Shown one piece after another: positions 57,721 through 64,000 of a stretch of 64,000 bases of DNA. How positions within the stretch are numbered: position 1 is the first letter of the stretch; every line of letters starts with the position of its first letter. The notes below the pieces were generated by a model, which saw only the letters and a program-made list of their open reading frames with translations, searched no databases and was not told the origin of the DNA. The position numbers and the translations under genes were made by a program. This DNA comes from Paludibacteraceae bacterium (GTDB lineage: Bacteria > Bacteroidota > Bacteroidia > Bacteroidales > Paludibacteraceae): NCBI GenBank assembly GCA_045598805.1, contig JAZLMS010000055.1, forward strand, positions 25,086 through 89,085, given 5' to 3'.

Positions 57721-57771
57721 TAAACGCTATGTATAGAAACAAACACATATATGCAAATAAAAATGCACTTT

Positions 57772-58896
57772 TCAATCAAAAAGCGAGATTTCGGTATTTC
57801 GATAGTAATGAGCCAAGATTTGACGATAAGTGAACCCTTGCTCTGCCATGACAGCGGCTCCTATCTGACATAAACCTACCCCATGACCCCAGCCTTTTCC
57901 GCGAAGGCGGAGCTTCGCAGGACCGGCTTCGCCTGAAAGACCGCTATCACTGAAGGACCGCTGTGCTGAAAGACCGCTATCGCAGACCTGTGGTCTGCCG
58001 CTGAAGGACTTTTCGACTTCGAACCACGAACTGTATAGGGTCGTTTTTGAAAGGGTTTGACGGATACGCAGCTCCTTACTTATCACCTCCCGATGCTTAG
58101 TGCCTACTATCTCCAACCTATCGATTCGCCCACTCGCACCACGATGCAATGGGATAAGGTCGGTAATCAAACCAAAATCAATTCCCGTCTTCTCACGCAC
58201 AATAGCAGAGAGTTCCTCTTGCGTATATTCAACAATCCAATCGTGATAATTGACCGTAGAACGGTCGTAATCGTTCATATAAGAGCGGCGGAGAGCCTCC
58301 GCAGGCATATCAGGCGTACAATAAGAACATTCAACGGATTGGAGATAAGGATAGTCCTTGTCCTCCCAACAAGTAGAATAGAGTTCCGTGCGTCCACCGC
58401 AACACTTATGGTAGCGGCAATCGCATATGTCTTTAGGGTTTAGAGTGGAGAGTGGAGAGTGGAGAGGTATTAGAATTTCACCTTTTGTTTCGTTGACCGC
58501 TTGAAGAGCGAGGGCAGAGCGGCGACGGATACCGTTATACCGCTGACAATGGTCATCGGCACAGACATCATATCCTACGTGTCCCGTATGACCGATATTG
58601 CGTAAGACCCACGAACGGGAGATAACAGCGTGCGCCTTCAATAACTCAAGAGGACTATCCGCAGACATCTCCGAACAAATGACACAAGAGATATACGACT
58701 CGAGGTCAATGATATTGACCGCCGTCTCGGTACCATCTGCATTATGCAGAATTTCCAACTCACCCTCGAACTCCTCGTCTTCCGTTTGATCCCAATGAAA
58801 GCCAATGCCGATACGCACATTATGAAGAACGAACGTGTGCTCCCTTAACTCATAATCAATATGCGAAGCCGTCAATATGCCGACACGGAGATTCAT
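57772..58896 (-). CDS. SpoIID/LytB domain protein
   Basis: AHAVISRSW...YDVCADDHCQRYNG...GKGWGHGVGLCQIGA motifs. Carries two in-frame repeat insertions. Confidence 0.8.
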   Translation of the reverse strand: MNLRVGILTASHIDYELREHTFVLHNVRIGIGFHWDQTEDEEFEGELEILHNADGTETAVNIIDLESYISCVICSEMSADSPLELLKAHAVISRSWVLRNIGHTGHVGYDVCADDHCQRYNGIRRRSALALQAVNETKGEILIPLHSPLSTLNPKDICDCRYHKCCGGRTELYSTCWEDKDYPYLQSVECSYCTPDMPAEALRRSYMNDYDRSTVNYHDWIVEYTQEELSAIVREKTGIDFGLITDLIPLHRGASGRIDRLEIVGTKHREVISKELRIRQTLSKTTLYSSWFEVEKSFSGRPQVCDSGLSAQRSFSDSGLSGEAGPAKLRLRGKGWGHGVGLCQIGAAVMAEQGFTYRQILAHYYRNTEISLFD

Positions 58897-58940
58897 AGGT
58901 TTAACAGGTTGAGCAGGTTTAACAGGTTGAGCAGGTTTAA
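58897..58940. repeat. 2.4 x 18-bp tandem repeat filling the GT2-SpoIID spacer
   Basis: aggtttaacaggttgagc x2 plus aggtttaa. The GT2 TAA stop (58937-58939) is part of the third unit. In-frame TAAs recur at 58919-58921 and 58901-58903. Confidence 0.95.
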
Positions 58941-60265
58941 TGCAGGCGGGCTTGGAGTTCCCATGTGCGGAGACGGTCTTTATAGAAATTATTGCGATTC
59001 ATCTCCTCAATACTGCAATTAGCGTCCGAATTATGCTCCCAACGGCGGCAGTTATACACCACATCGTAGATACGTCCAATCTTATATTCGCGACTGATAC
59101 GCAACGCTACCGCATAATCTTCACCGTACTTAGTGGTCGGGAAGTCAATGGTCTTCAGCAAGTCCGTCCTAAAGGCACGCGGTGCACCTAATCCGTTGAT
59201 ACGCAGAGCGTTGTTCATACCGTTTTCTGCTGTCCATTCAGCGTGAGAGATAATCATCGGATTAGGGGATAGAGGGTTAAGATTAGCATCTACTATCTGA
59301 TAGGTGCCAATAACCATAGCATAATCGCCGGACTCAAAGGCATCAATAAACCGCTGAACGGTAGTCTCATCAAAATAGACATCGTCACTATCCAACTGAA
59401 TAGCAATCTGTCCGCAACGCGGATCGTGAATAGCGTTATTCCAGTTACCACCAATGCCGTGCCATGTTTTGTCTTGCTGAAGCAAGATGAGTTTAGAGTT
59501 TAGCGTTGAGAGTTTAGAGATTTCTTCTACCGTGCCATCGGTGGAATTATCGTCCACGACTATTACATTATATGTATAAGGTTCGCGTACGCATTGCGCG
59601 AGCGCGCTCGTGACTGCATCACGAATCGTCTTCACCCGATTGCGGCAAGGAATGATGACGGAGGCAGTCGGCGGTGCGCCTTCGGCGGTAGTTGAGAGTG
59701 ATAAGTTGATAGGCTTTAATGTGGTATAGTCAATGAACGCACCAAGGGCTTTGAGGTGAGCCGTGACACAAGCTTCCATCTCTATCTGCACCGCACGATT
59801 AGCCGGATTGACATAGTCAAACAGTTTCTCCCCCGACTTGCGGTTATCTTCCTCCACTTCGTAATAGAGATACTCAGGTATATGCACTATCCGCCCTATC
59901 CTACTCACGCGCAAACGGAGATCATAAAAACCGGCATACTCGTAGTTCGTATCCATTTGCGCTACAGCTTGCAAGAACACTTCCCGATTCCACACCGTAA
60001 CAGCACCGAAATCGAAATCGTCACGGAGTGCTCCCATTTGATAGTCAATCACAGGCGATGCCTGTCCGTTAGCAAAGCGGTCTGAATAGACCATAGCGGC
60101 TTTCGTATAAGAAAGGACTTGCTCCAAACGCTGCTGAGCACGATAAACCCAATCTATGTGAGGTTTCGTGGACAAGATAACATACTTATCCGTAGAGAAA
60201 GTGACTTGGTCGGCTATTTGCTTAATGAGTTCCGTAGAACAAAGACGGGAAGGAAGGAAGTACAT
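58937..60265 (-). CDS. family 2 glycosyltransferase with an extra N-terminal domain
   Basis: SVIIPCRNR...[14 protein letters not shown]...QLDSDD motifs. Confidence 0.8.
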   Translation of the reverse strand: MYFLPSRLCSTELIKQIADQVTFSTDKYVILSTKPHIDWVYRAQQRLEQVLSYTKAAMVYSDRFANGQASPVIDYQMGALRDDFDFGAVTVWNREVFLQAVAQMDTNYEYAGFYDLRLRVSRIGRIVHIPEYLYYEVEEDNRKSGEKLFDYVNPANRAVQIEMEACVTAHLKALGAFIDYTTLKPINLSLSTTAEGAPPTASVIIPCRNRVKTIRDAVTSALAQCVREPYTYNVIVVDDNSTDGTVEEISKLSTLNSKLILLQQDKTWHGIGGNWNNAIHDPRCGQIAIQLDSDDVYFDETTVQRFIDAFESGDYAMVIGTYQIVDANLNPLSPNPMIISHAEWTAENGMNNALRINGLGAPRAFRTDLLKTIDFPTTKYGEDYAVALRISREYKIGRIYDVVYNCRRWEHNSDANCSIEEMNRNNFYKDRLRTWELQARLH

Positions 60266-60278
60266 ATTAGTTGAAAGT

Positions 60279-61178
60279 TTAAAGAGTTGGGACTAAATCT
60301 GACTTATGGTAGGTTTTCAGACCCTCAATGGGGTCTTTCATAATAGTGCCTAAAGTAAGGCCGTTATCTAATAAAACAGCCTCCAATATATCTTTATAGT
60401 AATACGCAATCGAACCTACGAAAGAGACCGAAAGACCGCTGTCGCTGGTCGCTCCGGCGACTCCGATACTCCGCTGCGCTGAAAGATATTGCAATAGATT
60501 GCGCTTAACAAAAGCATCGAAATGGTCGTAAACGAGTTGGCGGATAGCAGGTTGCGCTATATGCCGTGCGCAGAACTGACTGAGTTCTGCCAAGAACCGA
60601 TTGGGCATAGGTTGACGATAAACGCGGTCAATGACATCTGCCTGCGTAATATTGTACTCGCGTAACAACGCCTCTTTTAATTCAAGCGGTAGTTGATTCT
60701 TGAGCGCATCGGACACCAATCGTTTACCCAAAGTAGCACCCGAACCTTCGTCCCCTAAGATAAAACCTAACGAGGGCACGGTAGCGGCAATCTGTTCGCC
60801 GTCATAGAAACACGAGCCGGAACCTGTTCCTAAGATACAGGCTATACCCTGTTCGCATTGGAGTAATCCGCGTGCCGCTCCAAGCATATCTGATTCTACC
60901 TCGACAGCAGCCTTCTTAAACGTTTGCGACAATAAGTCGCGCACCACGATTTTCTTCTCGGGCGTACACCCTGCCCCATAGAAAAAGACATGGGTAATCG
61001 TCCCTGCCCACAGAAGCGGACCTATTTGGGAGAGGAGGTGGTCAATTGTTTGTTGAATGAGTTCTGGCGACTGCAGAACGGGATTGATACCCTCAGTATA
61101 GAAATCTTGGGAATGACCATTGGCGGTCATCAGTGCCCAATGCGTTTTAGTAGAACCTGAATCAGCGAGTAGTATCAT
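60279..61178 (-). CDS. BadF/BadG/BcrA/BcrD-type ATPase (N-acetylglucosamine-kinase-like)
   Basis: [27 protein letters not shown] motifs. Confidence 0.75.
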   Translation of the reverse strand: MILLADSGSTKTHWALMTANGHSQDFYTEGINPVLQSPELIQQTIDHLLSQIGPLLWAGTITHVFFYGAGCTPEKKIVVRDLLSQTFKKAAVEVESDMLGAARGLLQCEQGIACILGTGSGSCFYDGEQIAATVPSLGFILGDEGSGATLGKRLVSDALKNQLPLELKEALLREYNITQADVIDRVYRQPMPNRFLAELSQFCARHIAQPAIRQLVYDHFDAFVKRNLLQYLSAQRSIGVAGATSDSGLSVSFVGSIAYYYKDILEAVLLDNGLTLGTIMKDPIEGLKTYHKSDLVPTL

Positions 61179-61179
61179 A

Positions 61180-63063
61180 TCACTTCGTATTTTGCATTTC
61201 GACTAATTTCTTATAGTGTCCGTTAAGGGCGAGGAGTTGTTCGTGCGTGCCTTGTTCAACGATATGACCATTATCTAACACGCAGATAAGGTCCGCTTTG
61301 CGAATAGTAGATAGGCGGTGCGCCACTACAAGCGTCGTTCTATCCTTCATCAGTCGTTCCAAAGCCTGTTGAACGAGTTGTTCGGACTCAGTATCAAGAG
61401 CAGAGGTTGCTTCATCCAGAATGAGAATAGGCGGGTTCTTCAGTATGGCACGGGCAATGGAAATACGCTGTCTTTGTCCGCCACTAAGACGCGAACCGCG
61501 GTCTCCGACACAAGTGTTATAGCCCTCCGGCGTTGCCATGATAAAATCGTGCGCATTGGCAATACGCGCTGCCTGTTCTACCGCCTCCTGCCATGTGCCT
61601 CCGTTAGGAGCCGGTTGCGTGGTATCCACACCGAAGGTAATGTTATTGTAGAAGGTGTCGTTAAAGAGAATGGCTTCTTGGTTCACTATTCCCATCAATG
61701 AGCGCAGATTGCGCGGTTGCACCTTGCGAATATCTATTCCATCAACAAATACGCCACCTTCGCCTACATCATAGAAGCGCGGGAGTAAATCGGTTAAAGT
61801 TGTTTTACCGCTACCCGACTGACCTACGATGGCTACCATCTTCCCCCTTGGGATAGTGAGGTTGATATGCTGCAAAACGGGAATATCCGCTTGATAGGAG
61901 AATGAGACATCGCGATACTCTATCGATGAGTTTAGAGTTGAGAGTTTAGAGTTGAGAGAAGCCGTCTGGTTTGATAGTTGAGAGTTATCAAGGATATTAT
62001 TTTTTGTATTGAGGATCTTATCTATCCTTTCGAGGGAGGCTTGACCGCGACGGATACCATAGGAAGCCTTACTCAAATCCTTTGCCGGATTGATAATCGA
62101 ATAGAAGATAACGAGGTAATAAATGAACGTAGCCGCATCAATGAAAGAGTGCTCACCTAAAATAAGCGAACCGCCATACCAAATAAGAATAGCTATCAGT
62201 GCCGTACCCAGAAATTCCGACACGGGGTGAGCAAGGTAGTAACGGCGATTGATACGATTAAACGTAGCCCTTGTATCATTGATGAGTTTATCAAAACGTG
62301 CTTTCAGTTTATCTTCCGCATTAAAAGCCTTAACCACTCTCAGTCCGCCAAGCGTCTCCTCTATCTGCGTTAATATGTCCGCCGTCTGCTCTTGTCCTTT
62401 AGTTGATGAACGCTTGAGACTGCGCCCTATCCTACCAATGATAAATCCCGCTAAGGGCAGCAGCACCAACACAAAGAGCGTCAGTTTCCACGAGATAACA
62501 AAAAGCGTAATCAGATAGACCGCAATCATAATCGGATCCTTGAAAAGGATATCTAAAGAGGACATAATAGATGCCTCTACCTCATTGACATCATTGGTCA
62601 TGCGGGACATAACATCACCCTTGCGCTCCTCCGTGAAATAGCCTATCGGTAACGAAACAACCTTATCGTAGAGTTGTTTGCGCAGGTCACGTAGCACGCC
62701 CGTTCGGATAGGAACCATATAATAATTGGCAAGCCACGCTAACAAACACTTAAGACCGGTCAGCACCACCAACACTACACCCAGGAGGAAGAGTACAAAA
62801 CCCGCCCCGTGAAGTGCGATGAGTTGGTCTAAATAGAAATACATATTTCCTTTAATCGCCATCAGCCATTCGTCTAACGGCATACCACTTGTCAATGCCG
62901 TATAGGAAGACTCCACGCTATTGAGACCAAAGAGAATCTGGAGCACGGGAATGATCGTAGCAAACGAGAAAAGGGAGAATAAAGTCGATAGTAAGTTAAA
63001 GAAAATATTAAGACCTACCCACGAACGATAAGGCGGTATAAAGCGACGTAAGATTTTTAGCAT
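61180..63063 (-). CDS. msbA: ABC transporter, fused permease/ATPase, MsbA-like lipid exporter
   Basis: Six-TM N-domain; GQSGSGKTT, LSGGQRQR, ILILDEATSALD. Adjacent to lpxK. Confidence 0.7.
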   Translation of the reverse strand: MLKILRRFIPPYRSWVGLNIFFNLLSTLFSLFSFATIIPVLQILFGLNSVESSYTALTSGMPLDEWLMAIKGNMYFYLDQLIALHGAGFVLFLLGVVLVVLTGLKCLLAWLANYYMVPIRTGVLRDLRKQLYDKVVSLPIGYFTEERKGDVMSRMTNDVNEVEASIMSSLDILFKDPIMIAVYLITLFVISWKLTLFVLVLLPLAGFIIGRIGRSLKRSSTKGQEQTADILTQIEETLGGLRVVKAFNAEDKLKARFDKLINDTRATFNRINRRYYLAHPVSEFLGTALIAILIWYGGSLILGEHSFIDAATFIYYLVIFYSIINPAKDLSKASYGIRRGQASLERIDKILNTKNNILDNSQLSNQTASLNSKLSTLNSSIEYRDVSFSYQADIPVLQHINLTIPRGKMVAIVGQSGSGKTTLTDLLPRFYDVGEGGVFVDGIDIRKVQPRNLRSLMGIVNQEAILFNDTFYNNITFGVDTTQPAPNGGTWQEAVEQAARIANAHDFIMATPEGYNTCVGDRGSRLSGGQRQRISIARAILKNPPILILDEATSALDTESEQLVQQALERLMKDRTTLVVAHRLSTIRKADLICVLDNGHIVEQGTHEQLLALNGHYKKLVEMQNTK

Positions 63064-63098
63064 GGTTGGTGTTTGGTGTTTGGTGTCTGGTGTTTGGT
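63064..63098. repeat. heptamer (GGTGTTT)n spacer, which reads (AAACACC)n as the sense leader of msbA
   Basis: Sequence ggttggtgtttggtgtttggtgtctggtgtttggt fills the lpxK-msbA spacer. Shares ggtgtttggtgttt with 25506-25539. Confidence 0.9.
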
Positions 63099-64000
63099 TT
63101 AGCCAATATAAGTGGTCAGTTTCTTGATGAGTTGATCTTCTTCTTGCAACAACTCAACCTCTATGGGCAAAACGTGCAGTTTATTTCCTAACGCTTCCGT
63201 TACGCCGGCAAGTTCCAAGCGAGGCAGGTCTTTTTCCGTAGTGAGGACATAATCGTAATGCTCCGACAAGGCAAGAATCCGATTCACATCGCGCTGCGTA
63301 AACACATGATGATCAGGAAAAGCCAAGAGTTCTGCTTTCGGAGTTTGCGCTTGCACATGTTTTACCAAGGGTTGAGGATTGGCAATGCCCGTCACAATAA
63401 GCGGAGTTCCATCTGCAGGCAGGGGCGCATAATGGTAGGTAGAGAAATAGAGTTGTTGGAAGGCCGCCTTATGAAGACTGGTCTCCACTACCCTACGGTC
63501 TATCGGGAGCATTGTATCAGGACACTTGGTTACAATAATAATATTCGCTTTATGCGCGCGGTAGCGAAGGTCTCGCAATGTACCTAACGGCCAGAGATGG
63601 TCATTAACATATAGTTTATCATAGGCAGAGAGCAGTATCGCCATACCGCAACGGATAGAGCGGTGCTGCATGGCATCGTCTAAGAGAACCACTTGCAAGT
63701 CAGGGAAGAGTTGTTGCAATTTATGTACTCCTTGTGCCCTATTCTTACAAACGGCTACAGGAATAGACGGGAACTTACGTGCTATCTGCAGCGGTTCGTC
63801 ACCTATTTGTGCAACTGTCGATTCGGGAGTAGCGAGTACAAAACCACGACTCTTACGACCATACCCTCTTGAGAGAACGGCTACACGATAATGCTTACTG
63901 AGTTGGCGAATCAAATACTCCACATGAGGCGTCTTACCCGTTCCACCTAAGGCAAGGTTTCCTACACAAATAGTAGGGATGTTTACCGAATGAGAATGTA
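63099..64000 (-). CDS. lpxK: tetraacyldisaccharide 4'-kinase (5' end outside the window)
   Basis: The frame stays open past the tracked ATG to the window edge and encodes ...GNLALGGTGKTPHVEYLIRQL (P-loop). LSRGYGRKS follows. Confidence 0.85.
   Translation of the reverse strand, partial: HSHSVNIPTICVGNLALGGTGKTPHVEYLIRQLSKHYRVAVLSRGYGRKSRGFVLATPESTVAQIGDEPLQIARKFPSIPVAVCKNRAQGVHKLQQLFPDLQVVLLDDAMQHRSIRCGMAILLSAYDKLYVNDHLWPLGTLRDLRYRAHKANIIIVTKCPDTMLPIDRRVVETSLHKAAFQQLYFSTYHYAPLPADGTPLIVTGIANPQPLVKHVQAQTPKAELLAFPDHHVFTQRDVNRILALSEHYDYVLTTEKDLPRLELAGVTEALGNKLHVLPIEVELLQEEDQLIKKLTTYIG

Noticed and set aside
56825-57771. Integrated mobile element or remnant at the 3' end of tRNA-Thr
   Set aside because: No integrase, transposase or other mobile-element gene is present. 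I found no direct repeat of the tRNA 3' half downstream within the window. I cannot exclude an ancient decayed remnant.
57016-57833. Seven overlapping tracked ORFs on both strands (83-216 aa) across the non-coding island
   Set aside because: The translations are low-complexity: Arg/Lys/Glu-rich on the + strand and Phe/Leu/Cys/Pro-rich on the - strand. They simply read through tandem repeats and overlap one another in several frames. No start context or recognisable domain.

Overview
This is a 64-kb chromosomal window from a Bacteroidota genome. I infer it is Prevotellaceae-like from the porU-porV type IX secretion genes, the DUF1573 and SusC-like proteins, TAnnTTTG -7 promoter boxes and mostly SD-free leaders. 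It holds about 50 protein genes, almost all housekeeping: slyD, der, ispF, aroK, sufE, ftsE, prfB, coaD, alaS, dnaX, dnaA, relA/spoT, dnaB, asnS, folK, msbA, lpxK, plus one tRNA-Thr(CGT). All product calls rest on motif recognition in the supplied translations; no database search was possible.

Four things stand out.

1. Accessory block at 12746-23111. It encodes a 2,798-aa multi-repeat surface protein. The stop of that gene overlaps the first ATG of an ORF carrying an Endonuclease-I family nuclease, and both proteins share the same ~80-aa module. The only ATG starts of the giant gene are out of frame because of a G9/C9 homopolymer at 22672-22680. This makes it a slipped-strand phase-variation candidate that was sequenced in the OFF state.

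2. Non-coding island at about 57020-57771, between tRNA-Thr and a convergent SpoIID-like gene. It is purine-rich and hairpin-dense. It contains a degenerate ~210-230-bp duplication and a 3.3-copy tandem array of terminator-like hairpins.

3. Short tandem repeats in spacers and coding regions. Many short spacers between co-directional genes are built from private or dispersed short tandem repeats with periods of 7, 9, 14, 16, 18 and 40 bp.
   - Some form in-frame TAG/TAA stop ladders or place TAA in all three frames.
   - Two families also occur as in-frame insertions inside unrelated CDS.

4. Replication genes and a strand switch. Gene orientation diverges at about 41.8-42.2 kb, with dnaA, dnaX and dnaB nearby, which suggests proximity to oriC.

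Several tracked ORF starts are TTG or GTG extensions. I re-set them to the first plausible ATG.
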